Positions 1 through 13,133 of a stretch of 64,000 bases of DNA are shown here, piece by piece. Both the position numbers and the translations under genes were made by a program. Position 1 is the first letter of the stretch; each line of letters begins with the position of its first letter. The notes beneath the pieces were generated by a model. That model saw only the letters and a program-made list of their open reading frames with translations, had not been told where the DNA came from and ran no database searches. Source of the stretch: Mobula hypostoma. Lineage: Eukaryota. The stretch lies in the NCBI RefSeq assembly GCF_963921235.1, contig NC_086097.1, forward strand, positions 50,780,001-50,844,000, given 5' to 3'.

Positions 1-583
1 TTTGGCATGTCAACATGTACACTCAAAGACTTCTATAGTTGTACCGTGGACAGCATTCTGACAGGTTGCATCACTGTCTGGTATGGAGGGGCTACTGCAC
101 AGGACCGAAAGAAGCTGCAGGGGGTTGTAAATCTAGTCAGCTCCATCTTGGGCACTAGCCCACAAAGTACCCAGGACATCTTAAGGGAGTGGTGTCTCGG
201 AAAGACAGCGTCCATTATTAAGGACCTCCAGCACCCAGGGCATGTCCTTTTCTCACTGTCACCATCAGGTAGGAGGTACAGAAACCTGAAGGCACACACT
301 CAGTGATTCAGGAACAGCTTCTTCCCCTCTGCCATCGGATTCCTAAATGGACATTGAATCTTTGGACACTATCTCACTTTTAAAAAAAACTATACAGTAT
401 TTCTGTTTTTGCATGTTTTTTAAATCTATTCAATATACGTAATTGATTTACTTGTTTATTTATTATCATGTTTTTTTTAAATTCATTTTTTTTCTCTGCT
501 AGACTATGTATTGCATTGAACTTCTGCTGCTAAGATAACAAATTTCACGTCACATGCCGGTGAGAATAAACCTGATTCTGATT
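1..583 (+). mobile_element. Rex1/Babar-like LINE 3' fragment
   Basis: ORF 7-306 carries the FYSCTVDSILTGCITVWYG motif. The 3' end is AATAAA+(CTGATT)n. Near-identical copies lie at ~14695 and ~51630. Confidence 0.75.
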
Positions 584-584
584 C

Positions 585-2054
585 CCTTGTCTTCTCCCTG
601 TATTCTTTGCTGCCCTGGGCTAATCAAGAATCTATCTATCTCTGCCTTAAATGCACCCAATGACTTGGCCTCCACAGCCGCTCATGGCAACAAATTCCAC
701 AGATTTACCACCCTCTGACTAAAGTAATTTCTCCACATCTCTGCTGTAAATGGACGTCCTTCAATCCTGAAGTCGTGCCCTCTTGTCTGAGACTCCTTTA
801 CCATGGGAAATAACTTTGCCATATCTAATCTGTTCAGGCTTTTTAACATCTGGAATGTTTCTATGAGATACCCCCCACATTCTACTGAAATCCAGGGAAT
901 ATAGCCCAAGAGCTGCCAAACATTCCTCATAGTGTAACCCTTTCATTCCTGGAATCATTATTGTGAATCTTCTCTGAACCCCCTCCAATGTCAGTATACC
1001 CTTTCTAAGATATGGAGCCCAAATCTGCACACAATACTCCAAGTGTGGTCTCACAAATGCCTTATAGAGCCTCAAGGTCACATCCCTGCTCTTATAATCT
1101 ATACCTCAAGAAATAAATACCAACATTGCATTTGCCTTCTGCACCACTGACTCACCCTGGAGGTTAACCTTTAGGGTTTACATCTCTGCATTTTGAATTC
1201 TCTCTCCCATCTAAATAATAGTCTGCCTGTTTATTTCTTCCACCAAAGTGCATGACCATACACTTTCCAATATTGTATTTCACTTGCCACTTCTTTGCCC
1301 ATTCCCCTAAACTATCTAAGTCTCTCTGCAGGTTCTCTGTTTCCTCAACACCACCCACTCCTCCACCTATCTTTGTATCATCGGCAAATTTAGCCACAAA
1401 TCCATTAATCCCATAGTCCAAATCATTGACATACATCATAAGAAGCAGCGGTCCCACCACCGATCCCTGTGGAACTCTATTGGTAACTGGCAGCCAGCCA
1501 GAATAGGATCCCTTTATTCTCACTGTTTGTTTTCTGCAGACCAGCCAATGCTCCACCCATGCTAGTAACTTCCCTGTAATTCCATGGGATCTTATCTTGC
1601 GAAGCAGCCTCATGTACGGCAGCTGGAAAGACCTTCTGAAAATCCAAGTACACCACACCTACTGCATCTCCTTTGTCTACCCTGCTTGTAATTTCCTCAA
1701 AAAATTGCAGTAGGTCTGTCAGGCAGGTTTTTCTTTCAGGAGACCATGCTGGCTTTGGCCTATCTTCTCATGTGCCTCCAGGTACTCCGTAATCTCATCC
1801 CTAACAATCGATTCCAACAACTTCCCAACCACTGACGTCAGGCTAACAGGTCTATAGTTTTCTTTCTGCTGTCTCCCACCCTTCTTAAATAGCGGAGTAA
1901 CATTTGCAATTTTCCAGTCATCCGGTGCAATGCTAGAATCTATCGATTCTTGTTAGTGCCTCCGCCATCTCTCCAGCTACTTCCTTCAGAACCCGAAGGT
2001 GCATTCCATCAGGTCCAGGAGATTTATCCACCCTCAGACCATTAAGCTTCCTGA
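585..2054 (-). mobile_element. CR1 LINE, degenerate ORF2 (RT) fragment
   Basis: Minus-strand ORFs contain VPQGSVVGPLL, KFADDTKIGG, LYKAFVRPHLEYCVQIW and YFSQRVVNLWN, with frameshifts. Confidence 0.9.
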
Positions 2055-2646
2055 CAATCCTCTCAGCAGTCCTCGCAATCCTTTATAGGGACCTGAAATC
2101 AGTTGCCTTGCAATTCCTCTGCCAGATGGTGGTGCAGCTGGTCAGGACACTCTTGATGGTGCTCCTGTAAAAAGTTGGTTTGAATGGTGTGGGGGGGGGA
2201 GGGGGGGGAGGGGAGGAAGCCTCACTTGCCTCAGTCTCTTGACCAAAGATGTGGTGTTGGGGATCCTGGGGAGATCGTATGTTCTGTCCACTCCCAAAAA
2301 ACTTGGTACTCCTAATTCTTTCCACGGAGGAATCACTTGTGTGCAGTGAGTGGTCAGCCTGCACCTTCTTAGGGTCTATAATCATCCCTTTGGTCTTGTC
2401 TACATTGAGACTCAAGTTGTTGTGCTCGCACCATTCTATCAGCTGCTCTACCTCCTCTCTGTATGCTGTCTCATTGTCATGGTTGATGAGGCCATCCACT
2501 GTTGTGCCATCAGCGAACTTGATTCGTTTTGAACTAGATCTCTCAGTGCAGTCATGCATCAGCAGCGTGAACAGCAGTAGACTGAGCAAACAGCCCCAGA
2601 GGCACTGCTGCTCAGCATGACGGAGCTAGAGATGTTTTTGCCAACA
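2055..2646 (-). mobile_element. Rex1/Babar-like LINE RT fragment (older subfamily)
   Basis: ORF 2083-2589 contains KFADGTTVDGLI, YREEVEQLIEWC, LNVDKTK and FYRSTIKSVLTSC. Confidence 0.75.
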
Positions 2647-3604
2647 CATTTAATATTTCAACGTTTCTTAAAAAAACTCCCCATGTCATTTTTCCCCTGA
2701 CCTGGAGCTGCTTGTACCCCAAAATTCTTTTGTCGACCACTGCTGCTTCCCAAATTCCTTGATGTTTGATTTTTCCCCCACATTATTGAAGCATATTTGA
2801 CTCAGTGTACCGTATTTGTTCCAAGGGCTTACTTATCTGGTACAGTTGGAAGAGATCCACACTTTCTTTACTCCCCTGCAAGGGAACACTTTTACTGTCT
2901 ATAAGTGGCTTAATGACTACCTCCTGAAATGAGGCAGTCAGTACCATTGCTATCCTTTTAAAACATATTCAACAAAAAATAGGAACAACAAAGGTGCAGT
3001 TAGGAGGGTATAAGAGAAAAAGAACAATTTTTTTGATACAGAGCTTTAAGAACAAGAGAGATACAGCAGTGATGAGGCTAACAGGATTACAAACAAAACC
3101 AGCCTGAATGTTGGACAGAGCCACAAACAAGACTGTTGCAAGAAGATTGTGTTGAAAATAAAAGAAAACACAACTTGCAGGAAGAAATTTGACATTTAGA
3201 CGAGCAACACCTTGTGAATTGATACTCTTCTGACCATAAACTACTTCCTGCTGTCGCAATTCCATTTTAAATCTTAACAGCTTCCTCACTGTTAACCCAA
3301 TTGCTGATGAATTAATATCACCAATATTTTTGCAAATTTTTCTCAGAGAATTATATTAAGAGTAAAAAGTACACTCATTAAATATTCCTATAATATGTAT
3401 TTGCAACTTTTAACATCTTCAGTAAAGTTTTAACTTAGGACTGAAACTCTCCTCCCCCCCATAGGATGGATTATGTTAAGTTATTGCTTCAAGAATTGAC
3501 CCGAACTATCTATCACATTTTGCGTACATAAAATCCAATAAATTTCCTTGCATGAAAGATGTACATCAACAGGAAGGGAAGAGTGGAATGGAAAGTGCTC
3601 TATA

Positions 3605-3888
3605 TTTATTTATTGAGATACAACACAGGAGGCCCTTCGGCCCATTCAAGCTTCACCTTTCAGCATCCCCCGATTTAACCTTAGCTTAATCACGGGACGA
3701 TTTACAATGACCAAATAGCCTACCAATCGGTATGTGTTTGGACTGTGGGAGGAATCTGGAGCACCTGGAGGAAACCTATGTAGTCACAGGGAGAATGTAC
3801 AAACTCCTTACAGACAGTGGAGGGAATTGATCCTGGGTTGCTGGTACTGTAAAGCGCTGTGCTAACCACTGTGCTTCTGTGCTACCCA
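3605..3888 (-). mobile_element. V-SINE (HE1-like) tRNA-derived SINE
   Basis: Reverse complement of the V-domain (GGAGTTTGTACATTCTCCC...GGTTTCCTCCAGGTGCTCC...CCTCCCACAGTCCAAA) plus a (TAAA)n tail. Related copies at ~4330-4555(+), 8320-8480(+), 33715-33890(-), 37180-37480(+), 38490-38700(-) and 62904-63230(+). Confidence 0.75.
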
Positions 3889-4691
3889 AATCTCATGAAG
3901 AGAAAGTAATCCTGCATTTAAAAAAAACAATTTGAAAGAAATAGATTGAATTTTTGTAATTTATTTCAAAATAAATTTATATGCATTTTTGTTTTGGACA
4001 TGAATTCTTCCCTAAGGCAGCCGGAAGTAGAAAGAAATATTTTACTGTCAATGAAGAACTCTAACAGTAGGCATTATTTCTAGTGAATTGATAACATTAA
4101 TCAACTGTGTTGCTTGTGCATATTCTGATATCGAAAAAAGACATTTTCCTAAACCATGATGTTTAATTCATTAATTTAGCATGAGCGAAAGTTTTGAACA
4201 TTGTATGGGAGTGATTATGAAAATTCAGAACTGATAAAGTAAGACTACAATTTCACAAGTAGCATACTCCCATTATCAAAAAGACTTATGGTACTGGATA
4301 TGGAAATCTATCCCACTGTGTCAATACTGCTGCATAGCTAGTAGAATTGCTGCCTTGCAATGCCAGAGATCCAGGTTCACACCAGACCTCTCTGTTTGAA
4401 GACTGCACATTCGCCATGACTACATCCAGTAGGTTTCATTCCACATCCCATAGATGTATGGGTTGGTAGGTTAACTGATCACTGCACATGCCCTTAGCAT
4501 GTAGGTGAATGGTAGAAACTGAGGAGGTATGCTGAGATTGTGGGGAGAAAATTTCCATTGAGAACAATTCTCTGGAGAATCAAGGTCTAGCATTCTCCTT
4601 ATCAAGTATCTATCGTGAAACATTAATTTAGTTGCCCTGAGCAATAGAACAAAACAGGTGAGAGACATATATACAACCAAAAAATACTCAC

Positions 4692-4843
4692 CTTACCACA
4701 TCTTTTATAAGGGATACTTTTCTTCTCAAAATAAGCATAGCTTAGTTCAGCACCCCGCACACACAGTTGAGCCTTTAAAGATCCTGGTGTATAGTAAATT
4801 CCACTGTGAATAACCCCACTGTTATGTCCACTCTGATGGAAAG
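4692..4843 (-). CDS. L2HGDH: L2HGDH coding exon 3
   Basis: Acceptor tcttgttcag, donor AAG|gtgagt, 152 nt. Reads (A)[50 protein letters not shown], with the L2[16 protein letters not shown] signature. Later exons were not found in the window. Confidence 0.97.
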
Positions 4844-6855
4844 CTGAACAAGATTACAGTGATTAGTACAGAGAGCAAACAGATAAAATTAAAAACGAAT
4901 TGTTGTTACAAAATTATACAAAATAATACAAATGTAATAACATTGAAGTTGTTCTTTGTATCAATGCATGAAAACAAACAGGACACTAATTCTGTGACAA
5001 GATATACCTTCAAGTCAAAAGTTAACACTACAGAGCAAGAGAGATCAGCATCAAAGAACAAAAAAAATTAACTTGCTCTTTTCCCACTATAAACTGTGTC
5101 ATTTAGGTTTTCTTTCTTGCCTTCTACAAACCTGCACTTGATGTAAGAAACTGCCAAGTCACTGCAGATTCGTCCAGCTTTTTGTCCTTGACAGCTCACC
5201 ACTTAACCCAGTTTAAAAGATCAAGACTGAAATGCTTCTGCTCTTTCGCCACCCACTGACTTTCTTCCATGAGACTCCTCAGCTATATTTTTATATACTG
5301 CTATGACCATTAAAGTTAGGGATTCTCTTCATATATGCATACAAAGTCCAATATCAGATCTTCATTCATTCTTGGTTTAACAGCTTTTATTATAAGCTGC
5401 TGCTGTTCCAACTCAACACTGGCAAGAGCACAACAGTCTTTGACAACACCTGCCACAGACCCTACACCTCTACTGCCGAAAGCCAGGGCAGAGGACACGT
5501 GAAAGCACCGCCATTGTATTATATGATGTGAAATTTGTTATTTTGCACCAGCAATACTAAACAAAGACATAATACTACCATAAATTACAAAACCAATAGT
5601 GCAAGGAAAAGGAATAATATGCTGGTTTTCACAGATTCAAGGACCATTCATCAATCTGATGGCAGTGGGGAAGAATCAGCTCATCATGTCACACACCATT
5701 TGATTTGGAGACAACCCACCTTCCTTGATCACTGCAGAGTCTAATTCTGGGAATTCTCTTTGCAGCAGCACTGCAAAGAGAACCTTTGGCAGAAAGATTG
5801 CAGTGGAAGCTCACCACTACCTTCATAAGTGCAATGATTGCTGGTCTGGCCAGTTACAATTCATGCCCCAAAAAATGAACACATTTTTAAAAATTAATTT
5901 CAATAGGTACTTTATGTAATACCCTGGTTTAAGACCATGCTTTATTTTATTAATACAGTTATGCTTTTGGGTTTTTTTGCAGATTTTCTCAAAACTCAAT
6001 AAGTGTTCTTTTAATTACATTATATAATTGAGTATTTCATTTCGCTTAAAATAAAAATTCAGTTGATTCATAAGTTAGGTTTGTTGTAATTAGCCAAAAG
6101 GATTTATGGCCAGTCAGATGCCCAGGAAGAGAACAAGTAACCACTTTGGAGAGAGTTTAGGATGGAAGAAGGAGAATGTTGGAGGAAAGAAATGGACAAC
6201 AAATGTAGTGCAGGAACATGGTAAAACACACAAATTTGGAAGGATAGAAAAAGATGTCAGAAAATCCTGGTGCAGATTTTGGTTTCATTGAGAAAGTACA
6301 GATAACTTTTAGTTAGCTAATTAGTACATGATCCCGGAGAAAGTTCAACACCTTTTCCTTTGACATTGAGCGGATATTTATTCATGTTTCACTCAGACTG
6401 TTTTTCAGCGCAGAACTGTTTATCGTGAGTAAATGAAGTGAAGTGGACTAGACTGATTATGCAACAATGAGCTCCAATGACTATGTGCATGTAATAGACT
6501 AATATATACTGTAGGTAATGGGCCCTTTTTCTTTACTTTGTTTGGTATAGTTTAAAATATGTTCAATAAAGTTCAATAAAAATCCAATCTAAGTTTGTAC
6601 TGTTGAGAGTTAACTTGTTGCTTCTTGGCGAACAGTAAAGTTGCATGGGTGTGCCAGTATTCATAAAAATACAGTCTCACTTTCCCTTACAGGAACATTC
6701 AAACTTTTACGTTTTGTGTGTACCTGAATCATCTTTACCCTAGACCTGTTTATTGATTGGAAATGGCCTCCTCATTGTTATTCCCCATGCATTGTCCTAT
6801 GTTGCTCTCAGCTTGTATTTACAGTAATAGTTAACTCATTACAAGCCTACAGTTA

Positions 6856-7830
6856 GGGTACGTCCACACTACGCCGGATAATTTTGAAAACGAAGCTTTT
6901 TCTCTTCGTTTTGCCCTTCCGTCCACACTGAGCCGGCGTTTTCAGCCCCCGAAAACGGAGATTTTCGAAAACACTCTCTAGAGTGAATAGATCTGAAAAC
7001 GCTTAATATCCGGCGTAGTGTGTACGGGGTAACCGGAGAGATTTTAAAACGCTATCATGACAACACCACAACAATGCTTTTTTTCTGCTTCTGCTTGGTA
7101 CTGCGCAAGCTGTTATAACGCGCAGTCGGTGTGAACGGCGTGAGAGTTAAATTGTGTGAGTTTTTTTGACTATTTAAAAACGCTGTCATGACGTGCTGGA
7201 ACAGATGTTCGTTATTTTCTTGAACGCCACTACCAAACAATTTCAGAACAGACGGACGAGACTGAAGCCAGTTGACCCATAGCTTACTGAATAAATAAGT
7301 ATACTCACTTCGCCCTGTTTTCTGTTCTTGCTTGTATGAAGGTGGTTTACCTATTTATGCAAGTACTTCTCTGACAATAGATGTGTAACAGCCTAATGTA
7401 ACATTGTATGGAAATACAAGATAACACTGATGCAGACGTTTTATATATTTAACAAGGTGCTTTATTAATGTAACAGAGTTAGTTTTTCAATGTTCGTCGT
7501 CAGCTGGGTCATACTGTCCGTGAACTCCCTGTCGGTTGCCTCCATACGCTCCAGTATTTGTTTTTTTTTAAGTTTTAAGTCCTCCTGTGCAAGAGCCAAG
7601 AGCAATTCCTTTAAAGTTTTTCTACTCTGTAACTGGACAAACACGCATGAAGTATATCTTTCCCTCTTCGCTTGTTTTCTGTGTCCTGCGCATGCCCAGT
7701 AGGAGGAGATTCGCCCAAATATCCCCCTAATGTAGACGGAGATATTTTGAAAAACGCTTAGTGTGGACGCCTGTCGTTTTTACTCGAAACCGGCGTTTTC
7801 AAAATTATCTGGCGTAGTGAGGACGTAGCC
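6856..7830. mobile_element. Non-autonomous PIF/Harbinger DNA transposon
   Basis: 37-bp TIRs at 6856-6892 and 7794-7830 (34/37 match) starting GG(G/C)TACGTCC. 3-bp flanks TTA/TGA. Subterminal GAAAACG/GTCCACACT repeats. Confidence 0.85.
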
Positions 7831-7899
7831 TGAGAAAGCTACATTTACGGCAGCAAAAAAAGCCTAAAGCAAGCTACAATTAAAGAATACATTATTCAT

Positions 7900-8550
7900 G
7901 CTAGGCCCTCTGTTGGTTGGGGTTGACCATAGATGTGGCATCCTAGCTGTCTACAGGATATGCTAGCCAAGGCAGTATGATATGGGGAACAAGCTGTTGA
8001 CCATGTAACCGGCTTCCCCTCTCCATACATCTGATGAATCCAAAGGAACAGTAGAGTTGCCAGTCGGCATTGAACTCAATTAGGACTTCCCGAGGAACTA
8101 CAGCTCTGGATTTTTCCTCAGGGTTTACTCCCGTAACCTTCCCCATGAGGAGCTTTGAGATCAGTTTCCCTTCTCCTAGATGAGCTACCAACCACGGATG
8201 ATGGGTCCCAGCTGCCTGAAGCCACTGGTTTTAAGGCACCAGTAACCCACCGTTGACCCTTTTGTCAGGAGGAACAGTTCCACTGGGTTTAGCAGCTAAG
8301 CCACATGTGAGGGCCAAAGTCTGGGTTTCTCCCCACGTTCCAAAGACATACTAGTTGGTAGGTTAATTGGTCATTGTAAATAGTCCAGTGATTTGGCTCA
8401 GATTAAAACTGAGGGTTGCTGGGCGGCGTGGTTCAAAGGGTCGGAAGGGTCTATTTTGCGCTGTATCTCAATAAATAAATTTGAGACGCACACCACTGGG
8501 AGCATTTATTAGGTAGTAGGAGCTTATCCCCACTACCACCCCCACCTATA
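7900..8550 (-). mobile_element. Probable RTE-derived non-autonomous element interrupted by a V-SINE fragment
   Basis: Sequence resembles RTE 5' regions (TTCCCTTCTCCTAGATGAGCTACCAACCACGG), from recall only. V-SINE 3' part at ~8320-8480. Confidence 0.4.
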
Positions 8551-8602
8551 ACACATTTATAAATATTCAGTGGTTCTGAAGTGATCTTGTTTTTAAACAA
8601 TT

Positions 8603-11370
8603 TTTTTAAATTTCAAAATATACTTTATTCAAAAATAAATATATACAATAAACCATTCAATAACTTTTCATCCTTTACATACGTTTCCATTATAGTCAGT
8701 ACATATCCGTATTTATAGCCACCCACGTGGCACTCCAGTAGTTCAGCTTACCATATCATTGTTGAGGGGTATACTCCCTGCCCCCCTGACCCCTCCCACT
8801 CCCACGGGTGGAGAAACCTATACTGTGGTCCTTCCCCACCGGGCCCTTGCGGTGGCTGCACCAAGTTTCAGTGCGTCCCTCAGCACGTACTCCTGCAGTC
8901 GAGAATGTGCCAGTCGGCAGCATTCTCCCACGGACATCTCCATGTGCTGGTAGATCATCAAGTTTCAGGCCGACCAAAGAGCGTCTTTCACCGAGTTGAT
9001 GATCTGCCAGCAGCACCGGATGTTGGTCTCTGTGTGCATCCCCGGGAACAGCCCGTAGATCAGAGAGTCCTCTGTTACGCAGCTGCTGGGGATGAAACGT
9101 GACACTAGCCCGTCCATCCTCCTCCACACCCTCTTTGCGAACTGGCAGTGTGCAAAGAGGTGGGTCACAGACTCCTCCTCACTGCAGTCCTCCCGTGGGC
9201 AGCAGGGTGTGGAGACGACGTTCCAGGCGTACAGGAGGGCTCTGACTGGGAGGGCCCCTCTCACCGCCAGCCAGGCGAGGTCTTGGTGCCTGTTGGTGAG
9301 ATCTGGCGATGAGGCATTTTGCCAAATGAACTGGACAGTCTGCTTCATTCAGGGAACCACCCCACTGTGTCCATCACGTCCTTCTCCTGCAGTGCCTGCA
9401 GGATATTACGAGCCGACCACTGCCTGATGGCCCTGTGGTCAAAGGCGTTCTCCTGGAAGAACTTTGCTACGTAGGACAGGTATGCCGGCAACGACCAGCT
9501 GACTGGGGCGTTGCGCTGGAGTGGGGCCAGACCCACCCTTCATAGCCAGGGCGACAGGTAGAACCTGGGCACGTAGTGGTACTTGGTGCCCACATACCTG
9601 GGTTCTACACACAACCTGATGCAGCCACATACGAAGCTGGCCTTCAGGGTGAGGGCGACATTGGGGACGTTCTTGCCCCCGTTGTCCAGGGCCTTGTGCA
9701 TGACGGTCCGTCTCACCTGCTCCATCTTGGATCCCCAGACGAATCTAAAGACAGCCTGGGTGATTTCCGAGCTGTAGGAGCGGGGGACAGGCCAGACCTG
9801 CACCAAGTACAGCAGCCCTGAGAGCACCTCACACCTGATGACCAGGTTCTTGCCCGTTATCGACAGGGAGCGCCCTCCCCACAGTCCCAGTTTCTGTTTC
9901 ACCTTGGCAGTCCGCTCCTGCCAGTTCTTGTTGCACGCCTCAGCCCCTCCGAACCAGATCCCCAACACCTTCACGTGGTCAGACCTGATGGTGAAGGGGA
10001 CGCTGGATCGGTTGGGCCAGTTGCCGAACAGCATGGCTTCGCTCTTCATGCGGTTGACCCTGGCCCCCGACGCTAGCTCGAACTGTTCGCAGGTGCCAGT
10101 CAACCTGCGAACTGACCTCGGATCAGAGCAGAAGACGGTGACGTCGTCCATGTACAGGGAGGTTTTCACTTGGGTCCCTCCACTGCCTGGCAGCGTCACC
10201 CCTCTTATGCCCTCATCCCTCCTGATGGCTTCCGCAAAGGGTTCTATGCAGCAGACAAACAAGACAGGGGAGAGGGGACAGTCCTGCCTGACTCCAGACC
10301 TGATGGGGAAGCTGTCTGTTTCCCACCCGTTGACCTGGACTGCACTACGGATGTCTGTGTAGAGCAGTCTAATCCAATTCCGGATTCCCTCCCCAAATCC
10401 CATTTTGGAGAGCACGTCCGCCATGTACGTGTGCGATATCCTGTCGAAGGCTTTCTCCTGGTCCAAGCTGACCAGGCAGGTGTCCACCCCCGTCCTGCAC
10501 GTAGGCGATGGTGTCCCTCAGCAGCGCGAGGCTGTCTGAGATCTTCCTGCCCAGTACAGCCCAGGTTTGGTCTGGGTGAATCACCTGTCCTAGAGCAGAC
10601 TTGACCCTGTTGGCGATAGCCTTGGACAGGATCTTGTAATCCACATTCAGGAGAGAGATGGGTCTCCAATTTCTAATGTCCTCCCTTTCCCCCTTCTGCT
10701 TGTAGATGAGGGTGATGATACCCTTCCTCATGGACTCAGACATACTGCCGGCCAGAAGCATAGCGTTGTACACTTCCAGCAGGTCTGGGCCCATCCAGTT
10801 CCACAGAGCCAAGTACAACTCAGCCGGTAAGCCGTCGCTTCCGGGAGTCTTACCCGACCCAAAGGAACGGATGGAGCCTGTCAGCTCGTCCAGGGTCAGT
10901 GGCTGATCCAGACTCTCCCGCTTGCCGTCGTCTAAGACCTGCGTGATAGACGACAGGAAGTTGCGGGAGGCTGTGGATTCTGTGGCCTTTTCGTCGTACG
11001 GACCGGCATAGAAGGACTTGCAGATCCTCAGTACGTCGGTTTGTGAGGACGCGACTGAGCCGTCCTCTTCCTTAAGGTTGTGGATCACAGAACTCCCCCG
11101 TGCACCTTTTGGAAGAAGAAGCGTGAGCATGTCTCGTCCTGCTCCATGGTTTGGACCCTTGATCGGAAGATGATCTTGGAGGATTTGGCGGCGAGGTGCT
11201 GGGCTTGCCGGCCCTTCACCTCTTGCAATTCCTCCCTGACATCCAGCCCCTTCGACTGCAGAAGGAGGAGTTGCTGCAACTCTGTCTGGAGTTTACGCAG
11301 TTCCCTCTGCTCCTGCCTTGCTTTCTGGATACCCTTGCGGATGAAGAACCTTTTAATGTTCTGCTTGGTG
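8603..11370 (-). mobile_element. Tx1-clade (L1 group) non-LTR retrotransposon, 5'-truncated ORF2 with frameshifts
   Basis: Successive ORFs contain GKTPGSDGLPAELY, NWRPISLLNVDYKILSK, LDQEKAFDR, GVRQDCPLSP, YMDDVT and a C-terminal CCHC (CPREDCSEEESVTHLFAHC). AATAAA plus A-tail near 8603-8630. TSD GTTTTTAAA(C/T)AATT at 8589-8602 and 11371-11384. Confidence 0.92.
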
Positions 11371-11657
11371 GTTTTTAAATAATTGGCAATGTAATCATAT
11401 GGGTATGTCTTTGCTGGCTCACCCACCTGACCTAATTGCATTGAACAAGGCTCATCGCCACAGGCCTTTAAGTTATCTGAAGTAAACACTCCAACATTGT
11501 TTCTTGTTTTCACATGAAAACTTCAGAACTATGCCACTGTCATTTTATCCTCCAAAATTCCTATAGTGAGTATACGGGTCTTTTCCTGAATCTGACTTCT
11601 AAAATCTCTCATGCAAAAATAATTAGCAATGTAATCACATGGGTAGGTCTTTTTCTG

Positions 11658-12098
11658 GTGGTCAACATTGAATTCTATAACTTCTGGTAATTTCTTCACC
11701 CCCCCTTCCCCTTCTCTGTTTATCCATTCCCCATTCTGGTTACACTCTCACCTGTCCATGACCTCCCTCTGGTGTCCCATCTCCTTTCTTTTCATCCAAG
11801 GTCACTGTCCTCTCCTGTCAGATTCCTTTTTCAGCCCTTGATCTCTTCTACCTGTCACCTCCTGGCTTCTTAATTCAACAGCCCTTCCCCACCAACCAAC
11901 CAGCTTCCCCCTCACCTGGTTTCACCTATCACCTGCCAGCTTGTACTTCTTCCCCTGCCCCCATCTTCTTATTCTGGCTTCTGTTCCCTTCCTTTCCAAT
12001 CTCAGTGAAGGGTCTTGGCCCAACACGCTAACTGTTCATTACCCTTCGTAGATGCCGCCTGACTTGCTGAGTTCCTCCAGTATTTTGTTCATGTTGCC
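11658..12098 (+). mobile_element. Penelope-like element 3' fragment (degenerate)
   Basis: Pyrimidine-rich body followed by GAAGGGTCTTGGCCC...TGCTGAGTTCCTCCAG. Same family as 41111-42321. Other fragments at ~19820-20090 and 20821-20950. Confidence 0.7.
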
Positions 12099-12599
12099 CT
12101 TTTCAGCCTCACCGACTTGACCTGATTGCATTGCACAAAGTATTATATTGATACATTACATCTATTTACATTAGTCATTTTAGTACGGATAAACATGAAT
12201 TTGGTTGTGCATAATTGTGTCTTATAAACAGACTGAAGGATGGAAATGTTCAAGGAGAAAATTCTGAAACTTAGGGCTTGTGCAGCAGAAGGTCTTGCTG
12301 CTAATGGATGCAATGATTAAAAATGGAAAGATTACAATAACTTATTTTGCTTTATTCCACAAAGTTTGCAATATGTTTGAACTGTAATATGAATGAATAT
12401 TTATCATTAAAGTGTATTTATCAATATTATTAAAATTTGCTTATGTCTAGAGGCTTTACTGTAGCTAGACTCCTAACTAGTCGGCAAATTTACAACATCC
12501 TCTTCCCAAAATCTGCCATGAAGAATTCAAAGTAACAATTTCACAACAGTATTATACTCACCCACTATGTTAAAATGTTGGCTAAACTTTTTTAAAAAG

Positions 12600-13133
12600 T
12601 CATTTTGGAGCCTATATCTCAGAAAGCATGTGTTGTTTTTGGAGAGAGTCCAGAGGAGATTCACAAGGATGATTCTGTGAATGAAGGGGTTAACAAACGA
12701 GGAGCGTTTGGCACCTTTGGGCCTGTACTGACTGGAATTCAGAAGAGTGCAGAGGGATCTCATTGAAACTTACCAAATATTGAAAGGACTAGATAGGGTG
12801 GACGTGGAGGGATGTTTTCTATGCTGGCGGTATCCAGAACTAGAGGGCACAGCCTCAAAATTGAGGGGCAACCGTTTAGTACAGAGGCAGAGGACTTTTT
12901 TTTTGCCAGAGAGCTATTCCACAGCAATCTGTGGAATGCTCTGCCCCAGACTGTGGTGGAGGCCAAGTCCGTGCATATATTTAAAGTGGAAGTTGGATAG
13001 TTTCCTGATCAAAGCATCAAAGGAGAAGGTAGGTGTATGGGGTTGAGTGGGATCCAGGATCAGCCATGATGGAATGGCGGAATAGTCTCAATCGACTGAA
13101 TGGCCTAATTCTGCTCCTGTGTCTTATGGTCTT
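12600..13133 (+). mobile_element. CR1 LINE 3' fragment
   Basis: RDLIETYQILKGLDRVD and SRTRGHSLKI; 3' tail CCTAATTCTGCTCCTGTGTCTTATGGTCTT. Confidence 0.85.

Noticed and set aside
2969..3289. 106-aa hydrophobic ORF as a membrane-protein gene or L2HGDH exon 4
   Set aside because: No recognisable similarity; it reflects A-rich composition, and the expected LIVAV-type exon sequence is absent.
8150..8550. HDV-like ribozyme at the 5' end of the RTE-like element
   Set aside because: Only a weak P3/L3-like GCC-CUCACAUGU-GGC is visible, and the region is interrupted by a SINE. The nested double pseudoknot could not be built by eye.
8756..11513. Many overlapping ORFs on both strands as novel genes
   Set aside because: They are explained by the frameshifted, GC-rich Tx1 ORF2 and its antisense or alternative frames.
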